A DNA stretch of 64,000 nucleotides, from assembly GCA_951406725.2 (NCBI GenBank), contig OX597821.1, positions 68,138,001-68,202,000 on the forward strand, read 5' to 3'. The DNA comes from Octopus vulgaris (Eukaryota). Below are positions 11,101 to 21,899 of the stretch, in pieces. Both the position numbers and the translations under genes were made by a program. Within the stretch, counting starts at the first letter, position 1. Each line of letters opens with the position of its first letter. The notes under the pieces were generated by a model. That model saw only the letters and a program-made list of their open reading frames with translations. It did not search any database and was not told the DNA's origin.

Positions 11101-13009
11101 ATGTGCCATTTCGGCAAGCCAACTCTCTATATATGGGATCTTCCATTTTTGGGCAATAATTGATGGGTTGATGCCACGTACATTTAACAGGAATGTCGAG
11201 GTAAGGGAAGTTGGTAATGGGTGAGTGGTCCTTGTGATTTGCATAGATGGTTGGTGATGGCTCGCTGGATCTCCTGGCTTAGGTCGGCCTTCATATTTTC
11301 CAGGTATGTCAGTAAAAAAGTTACTTGTTTGGTTTGCCACTTGGTCAGAGGATACATATTTCAAGTTGGCGTTATTTGGTGTTTTTTCCTGGTTCTGTCT
11401 ACGTAGTTTGATTGTAGGAGGGGAAACGTGGTTGTATTTTGTTCTTGTTGTTGTCCTAGATTTCCTCTGTTCCTGTTCATATCTATTCTGTGATCGTTTT
11501 GTGCCCTTCAGATGGTGGTTGTTGCATTCTGGGTTCAGGCACATCCTTTGTGAGACAGAAGTTTGGCACAGTTTAGGATGGAATAAGGTGCATCCATTGC
11601 CTCTTATGCATCCGTATTTAGGGTCAGAACCATAGATTCTGTATTTAGGACAGTATTTGGGGTGGAGGTGGGGGCAATTTTTTCCTGTTATACCGTATGG
11701 ACAGGTGCCCATAGCAAGTCTACGACATAAGGTCGGGTGGGGAAAAGCACAGCGTCCATTTTTGTTTGTGCCGCTGGGGCCAAATCTACAAGTGCCTTTA
11801 GAATAGTAACGGCAGGGGGTTTTATTTGGTTGTAGTAGTGGTTTTTCTATTTTGGCAGTAGTAGTAGTGGTGGTGGTGGTGGTGGTGGTGTTAGAAGCAG
11901 CTTGTTGATTTTGTGATGGTGGGTTCTGGCTTGCCAGTATGTGGTCAAATCTGCAGCTGCCTTGAGAGTAGTAGTGGCAGATAGTTTTACGCGGATGTAG
12001 TACTGATTTTCCTATTGTGGCAGTAGTGGGGAGTTTTTGCAGCATTGGAACTTGACTAGTGGTAGTATTAGAGTGTTGTTGTTGTTGTTTTTGTTGCTGT
12101 AGCGAAGGTGAGACTTGACTTGGTTCATCAGGTGCTGTTGTCAATGGAAGTAGGTCAGTTGATTGTTGCTGTTGAAGTGACCACTGACCTGTTGGAATTT
12201 GGTCATTTGTTGTACTGGATTCGTTGGCAAGAATGGCTTTTAGTGTAGCCATGTGCGCGTGAAAAATAGGGAATATCCTAACAATTTCTTTTAATTTATT
12301 TTCTATCTGTTTTACAGATCTGTGAAAGGATTTTTTCGTTAAATCCTCAGTTATTTTGCTATAAACATTAGCTTCGTTGTGATGGATGAACCAAGCATTA
12401 ATCATTGCAGTAATTTCATTTTCAACCCAGCGGCGTTTTTGAAAATTATTGGCCATATTCAGTGGGGTAGTGTTGTGTAATATATATATGTATGTATGTG
12501 TATGTATGTGTACACCAGTTATTGATGGCTTGATGTAAAATAGTGAACACACTGTTGAAAAGATTGTATCGATATACTCGGTAAATAGTGAATACACCGT
12601 TGGAAAGTTTGTGTCGATATACTCGGAAATTCGTGGCTTGTGTGTGTGAGAGTTCAGTGTAATTAGTACAATCTAATTAGTACAATCGGGATGAGCGGTG
12701 TGTTTGATACAGACCAAGAAAAAAGAATTGTACTCACGGGACTAGTTTTAGAACTAGTCTTGGGTTTAGTATTTAGTTTTGGGTTGTTCCTCTTTCTTCA
12801 GGTTGTATAAAGATTTGTATAAATTTATCCTCCGATGGTAGTAAAAGAGTAGTATAGTAGGATTGTAGAGTTCAAAAGTCTTGAGATTAAAGACAAGGAG
12901 AGATTATGTTAGCTTGAGTTGAGTTGAGTTAAATTGAGTTGAAAAATGCTTCTTTGGTTAGTTACTGACGGGAGCTATAAAAAGTACGTCTTGTCACGAC
13001 GACTGCCTG
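8127..13009 (-). mobile_element. Near full-length CR1-group non-LTR retrotransposon inserted in (CATA)n
   Basis: Both flanks are (CATA)n (8096-8126, 13010-13074). The 3' tail is an 11-bp tandem (CTAAGTTTTAT)2 preceded by a stem-loop. About 550 bp of 5' UTR; APE-RT ORF inside. Confidence 0.95.
8353..12456 (-). CDS. Fused ORF1-ORF2 polyprotein: Myb/SANT-like domain, 4 CCCH zinc fingers, AP endonuclease, reverse transcriptase
   Basis: APE motifs LNVRG, LTETHL, GLYRPP, MGDFN, LDLVLTN, SDH. RT motifs YRPISLTS, QHGFR, YLDFSKAFD, GVPQGTVLGP, FADD. CR1-type C-terminus RPHLEYC and SLQRRR. Likely start is ATG 12456 (MANNF). Confidence 0.93.
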   Translation of the reverse strand: MANNFQKRRWVENEITAMINAWFIHHNEANVYSKITEDLTKKSFHRSVKQIENKLKEIVRIFPIFHAHMATLKAILANESSTTNDQIPTGQWSLQQQQSTDLLPLTTAPDEPSQVSPSLQQQKQQQQHSNTTTSQVPMLQKLPTTATIGKSVLHPRKTICHYYSQGSCRFDHILASQNPPSQNQQAASNTTTTTTTTTTTAKIEKPLLQPNKTPCRYYSKGTCRFGPSGTNKNGRCAFPHPTLCRRLAMGTCPYGITGKNCPHLHPKYCPKYRIYGSDPKYGCIRGNGCTLFHPKLCQTSVSQRMCLNPECNNHHLKGTKRSQNRYEQEQRKSRTTTRTKYNHVSPPTIKLRRQNQEKTPNNANLKYVSSDQVANQTSNFFTDIPGKYEGRPKPGDPASHHQPSMQITRTTHPLPTSLTSTFLLNVRGINPSIIAQKWKIPYIESWLAEMAHCFPFFILTETHLNNTHMDAEVKIKDFTIVRVDRTDRNKGGTAIFIHDSFSLDAKDTISNGYCESVSVYNKAKDITIVGLYRPPQAPLKYFEECLSKVKSFLRKYHSGNIIVMGDFNLPHVNWPTNTPKLGKCSTSDRAAAELLFNLMDEYFLTQLVLEPTRQNKTILDLVLTNHSSYVHSISVEKTLLSDHDMVLCNLNSRRIKTKLANPTPWHPFDNINFHKADWGTIRKDLSSIDWSFTLNSPHIETAWHHFETIVTDTCSKHAPKKSTNTNRNRLPKKKKTLIRRIKRLNKKINQLKYSHTQHPHSTTMKRLELEKLHLQTNMKTSIENQRAVEEQWVIKNIKQNPKVFYSYANKHRTTVSPIGPLIDENGIPQHDAKEMAEILQKQYCSVFSVPTDIDMRETNEAVSQHKIADITFTAIDIVAAINEVKHYSAVGPDRFPASLLKECRYQLAVPLTNLWRNSLDAGYIPKKFLSQSVIPVFKQGNRSLAVNYRPISLTSHIIKVFERVLRSRIADFLETHKLLNSNQHGFRCGRDCLTQLLHHIEDVLKALGTGSNSDVIYLDFSKAFDRVDHNILLSKLANVGIRGKVLHWIQYFLANRTQHVVVDGVHSNPAKVTSGVPQGTVLGPLLFIIYVNDLSSVVHHCKVKIFADDTKLQQIVNEEADRTQLQSDLYAVSQWADRNKMQLNEGKFELMHFGRNSSLKQPYSLPSGEPLTASNNIRDLGVIVDDDLSWSAHINKKVDTARRMSSWILRTFRSREQGVIIPLFSSFVRPHLEYCCPLWSPHTRQNISRIESPQRALTKQIEGMAALDYWDRLKALKLYSLQRRRERYIICTMWKIYRQLCPNDLNISFKVHPRLGPRAIRPLPNSRSQHTCTLQHNFFSSTGPALFNIVPREIKEEKDPINFKQSG

Positions 13010-13044
13010 ACATACATACATACATACATACATACATACATACA

Positions 13045-13076
<32 letters not shown>

Positions 13077-13489
13077 AGAGCAAACGCTGCGAAATCTTCT
13101 GCTTCTCTGCCTATACTATGAATTCACAATTATACCAATGATAATTAGTGCGCTTGGTTTTGTGATTAAAAGCCTAAGTGACAATCAGGAAAGGTTGCGG
13201 TTTTCAGAGAGAGAAATCAATCAGCTAACAAGCACATTACAAATATAATAAGTAAGCGAAGCAGTAAAAATATGCAAGACTTTAGTCAAGTTCGAAATGT
13301 GATATTGTTTTGTATTTTCTTTTTCGTTGTTGTTTTGTTTTGGCCTTTTTCTTATCTACATTCCAACGATTGGGTATTGTTTCTTTGTTAATAACCAGCT
13401 CGTTCTTTATTGGAAGATTTCAAATAATTAAACGTAGAAGAGAACATACATGTTTTTGGATTCTTTATGTGAGTTCGTGCGTTGAAGCA

Positions 13490-13699
13490 TATTCTGTTGT
13501 GTCTGGGGAGAGTCATTTTCTTCTTGTGCCTTATAATTTAACACACTCACCGGTAAAATTTCCATAAGACTATTGAAAATAAGACGGAACGAAAATTTTA
13601 GGAAAATAAAAATATGAAATAAGTAGAAATTTTACCGGTGAGTGTGTTAAATTATACGGCACAAAAAGAAAATGACTCTCCCCAGAAACAACAGAATAT
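13490..13699. repeat. Fold-back element, ~73-bp arms
   Basis: 13490-13562 is the reverse complement of 13626-13699 (TATTCTGTTGT...GGTAAAATTTC). Confidence 0.85.
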
Positions 13700-15234
13700 A
13701 CATGCATAGATACATATGTAAAAAACAATCACGCGCACACAAACACACACAAACAAACCCAGAAGCACGTAAGTACTAATAAGAGACGTTCACTATGAAA
13801 CTAAGTGCAGTAAGTATGCACCACTATGTATGCACCACTAACTCAACAACATATTTACAAACCTCGAGAGTTTCAGACCGTCTTGCCGGCTTGTTAGCGA
13901 CCAGCTTGAAATGCATGAAGAAAAACTGAAATAAAACCTAAACATAGCGTACATAACGCATGCAGTCACAAACACAAAAGGCACACACACACATACACAC
14001 ACACAAATACTGACGCACACAGAAATGCACACATACACACACAAACACGCACGCACACACATATATGTGTGTGCTTGTGTGCTCAGATATGTATATAAAC
14101 ATAGATACGTACATACATAACTATGAACATACATATACATGTGTGTTTTTAGAATGTGCGTGCGCGTGTGTTTCGTGCGTGTGTGAGTGTGTTGTGTGTG
14201 CTCGCGCGAATGTGTGTGTCTGTGTGTGTGTGTAGCTGTATAGCATTTAATTAAGTTATTCAAGTTTTCACCCCACTAAACGTTTTCTCAAGTAAAAATG
14301 TCTTCTGGAGTAAATTAAGCCCTACGGTTCCATTTTGCATATTAAGGAATTAATATGAACTCTCCTGGCGTAAATCAACGACGAGGGTTCCGCATCTTCT
14401 TGCTGAACAATTTCTGCAGATGTTTTGGTTATAGGGATTAAATGTGTTTGGTGTACATTAGCTCATTTTCATCATCATATCGATATTACCGGTACAAATG
14501 CATGGATTGTCATGTCAGATGCTGAAAGTAATCGCAGAACAACTTAAGCAACTTTGCTCCAAAACACAGCGTATCCTCAGCTCCAGGAATTGAAACTAAG
14601 ATCTTGTGATCCTGAGTGAAACGCCCTCATCACATAAGCACTCGCCCTCACAAAGTATTACAATGTATAATGAAACACATCGGCAATGATTGAGTAATTA
14701 TCCATCGAATTTTTTCATTGGTTTATCAGTTAGGAATAGTGAATGGATGTCAATGTATGTTTAAACGGTCCAATGACAACTGAGATTTTTTTGTAAATAT
14801 TTTGATGTAGACTTATACAAAAATCAAGCTGAACCTATTTTGTGTGGATCGCCATATGCACTTATTCTTAACTAAAACAAGAGTGCAAATGAATTTTATT
14901 TAAGAGGGAGATCTTATTCATTGGTTTGAAGAATATGTAATACAGTCTGACCGACTGGAAATTTTGTGCACCTCTTAATATATAAACAATTCAACATATT
15001 AAATATTTGAATTCTATGCATATTTTTTCATATAATTCCTTTATTTCGAAGACGAATTTTTTATCCCACCGAATATTATACAGAGTTTATTATCGCCCTT
15101 GTAACACCACTTGTGGAGGAACCGTTCGTATATGATACAATTATATGTCGAAAGATATAATAGGAAATGTGAGCATGCGTGTGAGTAAACGCACACATGC
15201 ACACATATATGTATGCATGTGTGTGTGTATTCTT

Positions 15235-15460
15235 TTACTCTTTTACTGGTTTCAGTCATTTGACTGCGGCCATTCTGGGGCACCGCCCTGAAGAGTTTTG
15301 GTCGAACAAATCGACCTCAGGGCTTTTTTAAAGCCTAGCACTTATTCTATCACTCACTTTTGCCGCACCGCCTGGTTTCAAGGACGTAAACCTACCAACG
15401 CCGGTTGTTAAGCGGTGATGAGAAGAAAAACACAGACACAAAGACACACAGAGTCTCACT
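15235..15460 (-). mobile_element. 3' part of family B SINE
   Basis: Reverse complement of ...GGCCGCAGTCAAATGACTGAAAC..GTAAAAGAGTAAAAG, as seen at 18000-18063. Confidence 0.75.
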
Positions 15461-15480
15461 CACACACACACACATATTAT

Positions 15481-16144
15481 ACTGGGTGTCCCAAAATTCA
15501 CTTATGGGTTTCAAGTTTTAATCACTTCCTTAACTTTACAAATAAATGCATGATATTTTGATATAATATACAATATAAAGGACATAATGGAAATGAATAT
15601 GCACAAGTCAAATTTTCCAACACTCCTACATAGCATACGAAAAATGACATCGCTTAAATGGCAGCCATTTTCGGTTTCGCACGCCCGTGTTCTTTCCAAA
15701 ACGTGCACCATAACACTCTCAAGAGTTTCAGACCCACTTCTCTGATTTCTCTATTGATGTTCTCATTCAGTTGCATCAGGGTTTCCAGTTTGTTGACGTA
15801 AACCCCCTCTCTCAGGTATCCATGATTGAGATCTTTTTACGCCCGGCCATTCAAAGTAGACTTCACACATAGTTCCAGCCGGATGGAGCAACGTCTCATA
15901 ACGCAAGAGAAACAAGGCTGTTGCTACGGCAGTGCTTTGGAGAGAGAATAATCTCCCGCTATGGTAATGTCAACTGGCCTTCACGTACCCCCGACTTGAT
16001 TAGCCCGGATTTTTTCTTGTGGGTGTACCTGAAAGAGAGGGTTTATGACAACAAAGCGGAGACTCTGGTGCAACTGAAGAACATCAAAAGAGAAATCTGA
16101 GAAGTGAGGTCTGAAAAAGATAACTGTCTCTTCCGACACCCTGT
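15481..16144. mobile_element. DD41D (rosa-type) Tc1/mariner remnant made of two inverted transposase C-terminal pieces
   Basis: Plus 15873-16100 reads FQPDGATSH...WPSRTPDLISPDFFLWVYLKERVY, with 41 residues between the two Asp. Minus 15640-15820 reads YLREGVYVNK...ENGCHLSDVIF. Ends CTGGGTGTC and GACACCCTG. Confidence 0.8.
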
Positions 16145-16344
16145 CCATCTTTTGGCTGGCTTTTCAAATTATAAGATTTGTAGATCAATGTTTTCACTTA
16201 CTCTTCTTGTAAAATTTTCTCTGCTGGTTCAACTTCCAAAATGTTGCCTTCTTTTGGTAACATTTCTTGGTATTTCTTTAATTCTTTTTTCTCTGTAGTA
16301 AGTTGCCGGGTTCGACCTCCGGCTGCCATAGCAAAGTTTTTCTT

Positions 16345-16569
16345 GGATCTTTTCGGTTTGAACGGCAGTTTTTAACATAATTTCTAGGTAACTAAAAAAT
16401 TATAAACTTCGTATACTGGTAGAATGTGTTTATAAAACATCTTTTTCTCTTGGCCAAATATCTTACAAACTATAGAATTTTCTCAATAAAGCCAAGAGAA
16501 AAAGATGTTTAAAATTTTTTAGTTACCTAGAAATTATGTTAAAAACTGCCGTTCAAACCGAAATGATCC
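16345..16569. mobile_element. MITE with long TIRs and 8-bp TSD (Merlin-like)
   Basis: GGATCTTTTCGGTTTGAACGGCAG ... CTGCCGTTCAAACCGAAATGATCC; TTTTTCTT at 16337-16344 and 16570-16577. GG termini with an 8-bp TSD fit Merlin. Confidence 0.8.
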
Positions 16570-17358
16570 TTTTTCTTTTCTGTTTCGCCGTTTTGTACAC
16601 TGGGTGCGTCAACAATTCTTGTCAATACTATGCTTTCTTTTACTGGATCCTTTTTATTTTTCTTGGGTGAACTTGCTGGAGTTCCAACTGAGAGTCTTGG
16701 GTACTCTACCCAAGATTCAATATCAGACATGGTGGCAGTTACGTAGACAACAATTTCACTAGGCTTATCGCCGCACAGCATATTTTTTTTTAGAACAAAT
16801 AGTAATTATTCCCCACAACGGGGGAATAAATAACAAATGTTTCCAAGAAGCAATAAAAAATCTTAAAAATAAACAGCTAATTCAACGAGAAGTTTAACAC
16901 ATTGTAACAATCTCACCTTATGAAAAAAAAAACAAGCAAACAACGCAAGTAGAAGTGGAAAACATTTGTGAAGTAAAACATTTTTGCGAATGAAAATGAA
17001 ATCAAAATCTTTCGTAAAAATAAAATAAAATGTGAATTCAAATCTCGGGTTAAACCTGGTTAACCATATAAGACAAGTTGGATTACTGATAATTAAAAAT
17101 AGGAAATAATTAAAGTGAGGTGAAAGCATATATGCAGAATGTTAATGGGAACAGTTCAAACTTCACTGATATTTGTGATTTACAATTTACAATGATCGTT
17201 ATCTTACAACTTATATATAGAAGGTTAATAGGTTCGAACTCAACGCCAAGTTCGTGAATTACTAAGATGCCAAAATATAAAAAATTATAAAGAATTTTAC
17301 ACTTAAACTTTAAGATGACTAAATCTAACTATACATATAAACATGCATACATACATAC

Positions 17359-17405
<47 letters not shown>

Positions 17406-17406
<1 letters not shown>

Positions 17407-17632
17407 TTTATTTTAAGCAGCAGAAAATTCAACAAAATCTGTTACTCTGAGTTTCTCGTTGCCGTTCATCAGACAGTTTTTGCTAGCAAAAACTGTCTGA
17501 TGAACGGCAACGAGAAACTCAGAGTAACAGATTTTGTTGAATTTTCTACTGCTTAAAATAAAGCATATTACTCTACCACTGGTATTTGAGTACTCTTTTT
17601 TCCACCTTGTTTCACATTTATGTGTTTACTCC

Positions 17633-17634
<2 letters not shown>
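17406..17634 (+). mobile_element. Penelope-type fold-back cassette: near-perfect 158-bp palindrome + 70-bp tail, within (TA)n
   Basis: Palindrome 17406-17563 centred on GCTAGC; each arm carries a hammerhead motif. Confidence 0.85.
17493..17530 (+). ncRNA. Minimal type I hammerhead ribozyme (mirror copy on minus at 17439-17476)
   Basis: CTGT-CTGATGA-ACGGCAACGA-GAAAC-TCAGA-GTA-ACAG: stem I CTGT/ACAG, intact core, stem III ACTC/GAGT; A-A mismatch at the base of stem II. Confidence 0.75.
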
Positions 17635-17691
<57 letters not shown>

Positions 17692-17693
<2 letters not shown>

Positions 17694-18063
17694 TTCCGGG
17701 TTCAGTCCCACTGCGTGGCATCTTGGGCAAGTGTCTTCTGCTGTAGCCCCGGGCCGACCAATGCCTTGTGAGTGGATTTGGTAGACGGAAACTGAAAGAA
17801 GCCCGTCGTATATATGTATATATATATATGTGTGTGTGTTTGTGTGTCTGTTTGTCCCCCTAGCATTGCTTGACAACCGATGCTGGTGCGTTTATGTCCC
17901 CGTTACTTAGCGGTTCGGCAAAAAGAGACCGATAGAATAAGTACTGGGCTTACAAAAAGAATAAGTCCCGGGGTCGAGTTGCTCGATTAAAGGCGGTGCT
18001 CCAGCATGGCCGCAGTCAAATGACTGAAACAAGTAAAAGAGTAAAAGAGTAAAAGAGTAAAGA
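17692..18063 (+). mobile_element. Family B SINE (tRNA/CORE-like), 5' truncated
   Basis: GGTTCAGTCCC B-box remnant, CORE-like CTTGGGCAAGTGTCTT, (GTAAAAGA)n tail; other copies at 27910-28075 (-) and 26805-26900. Confidence 0.8.
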
Positions 18064-18130
18064 GTATATATATATATATATACATACATACATATACACA
18101 TATATGTATACATTTATATGTATGTATATA

Positions 18131-18171
<41 letters not shown>

Positions 18172-18359
18172 GGGGGTGGAGGGAGGGGTGCTCATGCACG
18201 TATTCATATCTATATGTTCACACACACACAAACATACACGAACTTATCTTTATGTATATATATATATATATATATTCATGTATGATCGGGATGTGGGTAT
18301 ATAGATAGATAGATAAATTTATTTGTGTGTGCGTGTGTGTGTGTGTGTGTGTGTAAATA

Positions 18360-18712
18360 TATAAAAATTAAAAAGTAAAAGAGTTAAAAGGAAGAGCAAG
18401 TACGGTTAGGCAGCTTTTTAATCGTTACAAATGTTTCGATACATACAGATCCTCGTATGTACAGGATTTAAAGTTATGTTCAAATTAAATTTATTTTACG
18501 ATTTACCTGTATAAGAAAATCTATATGTATCTCCTCGGGTGATACTCAGTTGCTGTCTCCGTAAGTAAATTTAGATTTCCATGCTACAACATCCATGGCT
18601 TTTTCTTTGATACGAGGATCTGTAAGTATCGAAACATTTACAGGGATTAAAAAAGCTGCCAAAACCTGTACTTACTCTTCCTTTTGACATTTTACTTTTT
18701 ACTTTATATTTT
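18360..18712. repeat. Fold-back cassette with decayed long-stem-II hammerhead on minus strand
   Basis: Arms about 18360-18458 and 18611-18712; minus reads CCGAGGA-GATACATATAGAT...ATCTGTATGTATC-GAAAC-ATTT-GTA. Confidence 0.65.
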
Positions 18713-18840
18713 CATACACGAGGAATACTTAAGACTAGAATTGGTAGCATACCATAAGAATACTACCGGCTATTCGGGAATTCTAAGGGTGAAGAACGAG
18801 CTCGATTTGTAATCTCATACGTTCTTAACAGAACACACCT

Positions 18841-18886
<46 letters not shown>

Positions 18887-18891
18887 TATAT

Positions 18892-19007
18892 AGCGTAGGC
18901 TCGAAACGTAAAAGGCTTTTTCTATTCCTGAGCGTTATACTAATACATCTGTTTGTTTTGTTCACCACCTGTCTTCGTCTTTTGTTTTTTTCGTAAACTC
19001 TCCCTAC

Positions 19008-19008
<1 letters not shown>
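18892..19008 (+). mobile_element. 5'-truncated 3' end of Penelope-like family P1
   Basis: AGCGTAGGCTCGAAACGTAAAAG...CACCTGTCTTCGTCTTTTG, matching 41534-41648; lies between (TA)n and (TG)n. Confidence 0.8.
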
Positions 19009-19058
<50 letters not shown>

Positions 19059-19723
19059 TGTGTATGTGTATGTATGTATGTATGTATGTATGTATGTATG
19101 TATGTATGTATGTATGTATGTATGTATGTATGTATGTATGTATGTATGTATGTATGTATGTATATACGTATGTATGTATTATGTGTACATGTGTTTCTGA
19201 ATGCGTTTGTATATTTCTGTGTGTTCGTTTGTGTGTTTCTTGAAATATAACAAACTGTTAATGCTTGGCTATAATATATTTGCATGTGTGCATGCAAATT
19301 CGTGTGCAGCAGTCAGGTTGCGTTTGCGCCTGCATGCAATACTTACGAAAGTGTTGCATGCACACGCATGCAACCCCACTTGAATAACAAAATGAAAAGT
19401 AGTAAACGAATGCAAAGCAAGCAGACGATATTGTTAACGCCTAAAAGCTACTGATTTCTGACCGCTCTTAGCCTACTAACAAGAAGACTCCTACGTTGCT
19501 GTTAGCCCTACTGCTGAGGAAACCTCCAAAAATCATGTCCAAATGGCACCGTAACCTTTAAAAAAGAAAGGACACATTGTAAAACATTTTGTCACATACA
19601 CTGTATTTCCAAAAGTAATCGGATGATCATGACTGGAAGGTTCTTAAGTATAAATCCGCTTCTTCTTAGCGTAAAGACGAAAGTTTGGAGATCGTTGTTG
19701 TCCGGTGGTTTGTCTCGTGCATA

Positions 19724-19795
<72 letters not shown>

Positions 19796-21049
19796 TACAT
19801 ACACACACTCAGAGTTACAGGGTCACACAATATATATTATATATAGTATGTATTATATATAATATATGTGAGTCTGTGTGTGTATGTGTGTATATATATA
19901 TAAATGCATGTAGAGTATTGCGTTAAGAAAAACATGTATCGGGATTTTTTTTTCACGTAATTGTTTTTCAGTCCACTCTTTACGTTAATATTTACAGTTT
20001 TATCTACTTTGTGTTCCACTTAAAAACAAAATCCTAGTTATTTCATATATCTCAAGGCTTTTAAAATTAATTCTTATTCTTATGCTACAAACACGTACTG
20101 TTCCTGGTAAGGGAGATAACCGTTTCCTCATAACATTTGGTGGGATTAGTAGTTCGAGTCTGAAATCAAGGAATAAAGATGCAGGAAATATACATATTTA
20201 ATGCTTTTCTTTGCTTACCCAATACTAAAATCTTTGAAATTTCTAGTTTTTTGGCAATCATGTATAGCGCCATTTCCTTCTTATTAGAATTCGTAAACAA
20301 GACAAAATCCACGCTAAATAAATTAAACTAATTTTAGAATTATGCGAAGCGAAACATTTCTTATCAGTGGAAAATAATCAGAGCTTGGAAGACATTGAAA
20401 CAATATATGTTTTCAATTCGTTTTTCTCAGTTTTTCGTTTTTTACTTCTGAGAACGTTACTCTAAATATAGTAACCAATAATACAGTTTCAGGTTTCTTT
20501 CACACGGTTTCGCGAGCAATAGGATAAGGTGTTATTGCAGATCAAAGCATGAATGAACATTACTTCATAATTTATATTTTATAGATGATCAAGCTAAAGG
20601 GACAATAGGAATCTGTGAAAATGCTTCAAAACTCAAACAGTGAATAATTGAACACGACAACCTTTCTATTACACACTCACACACACACCTGTGTGTGTGT
20701 GTGTGTGCTATTATATCTATTTTACATCTTTAAAATTGAGCAAGTGGTCGGTTGAAATAAATCTGAACCCCAATCAACAGGAAAAAAATAATTACACAAA
20801 CATTCATACGCACACATGCATTCTTACACGCATACATACGTTCATACACACACATATATAAGTAGAATAGAAAAAACACCAATACACTAACACATTCATT
20901 TAAAATGTAAGTGTGTATATGTGTGTATATATGTATTTATATATGTGTATAAATGTGTGTGTTTGTGTGGTTGTGTATGTATGTATGTATATATATATAT
21001 ATATAACCACACATATACAACACACATACATACAAATACATATGTGTAG

Positions 21050-21105
<56 letters not shown>

Positions 21106-21720
21106 CTATATATATATAATAAATAAATAAAATATATGCATATATACATACATATATGTACATACTTACATCTACATGTATATATACATGCATATATATA
21201 TATATGAGTACAGGAAACGACAAATAAACGTAGAATACAACGAGAGACGAGAACATAAAATCAAACAAGGAAACGGACTTTTTTTAAACAACGAAAAAAC
21301 AGAGTACAGGACAAACAATACAAGGAAAATTCCCCTTCATCAGCTGTCCCTGGTTCGACTCAAAGTGTGTTTCGAAGGTAAGGACAGAATACAGTTGAAG
21401 CAATCCTTCCTGCAAAAGGAATTAAATAAAATTCTTGTGCAGAGGGGTAAAACAAGTGACAAAAACAGGACTTAAAAGCAATACAAATGAAGAAAAAACA
21501 ATACAAATGAAGAAAAAAACAATACAAAGGAAGAAAAAACAGTACAATAAAGAAACAGGACAGGAAACAGACAATAAGGGCTTTTTTTGCCTGGACGGTG
21601 GAAAAATTAGTTAGAACGCATGTGAGAAATCGGCTAACGAAGGACAGAAGTCGATCTATACTTGTTGAAGGACGAAGCTGAAAGTTTTTGCAACCCTCTG
21701 GTCAGGAGAAGGAGGAGGAG

Positions 21721-21758
<38 letters not shown>

Positions 21759-21899
21759 GAAACCAGAAAGGGTGAAAAATAAGAAGGAGAGAGACAAGTA
21801 CAGAGAAAGACAGACAGGCAGGGAGGAAAGGTCAAAGAGTGCGCGTCGTGATGATTCAAATAAAAACTTGGAGAAGAGAAATAACGCGTGCGTTCGGTC

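Noticed and set aside
8795-11635. Plus-strand ORFs inside the LINE
   Set aside because: Antisense shadows of the RT ORF with no recognisable motifs
12457-12597. N-terminal extension of the 1414-aa ORF
   Set aside because: Starts at a non-ATG codon and runs through UTR repeats; ATG 12456 directly precedes the first domain
21325-21420. Hammerhead on minus strand (GAAAC before CTGATGA, type II-like)
   Set aside because: Stems I and III do not pair convincingly; at best a decayed remnant
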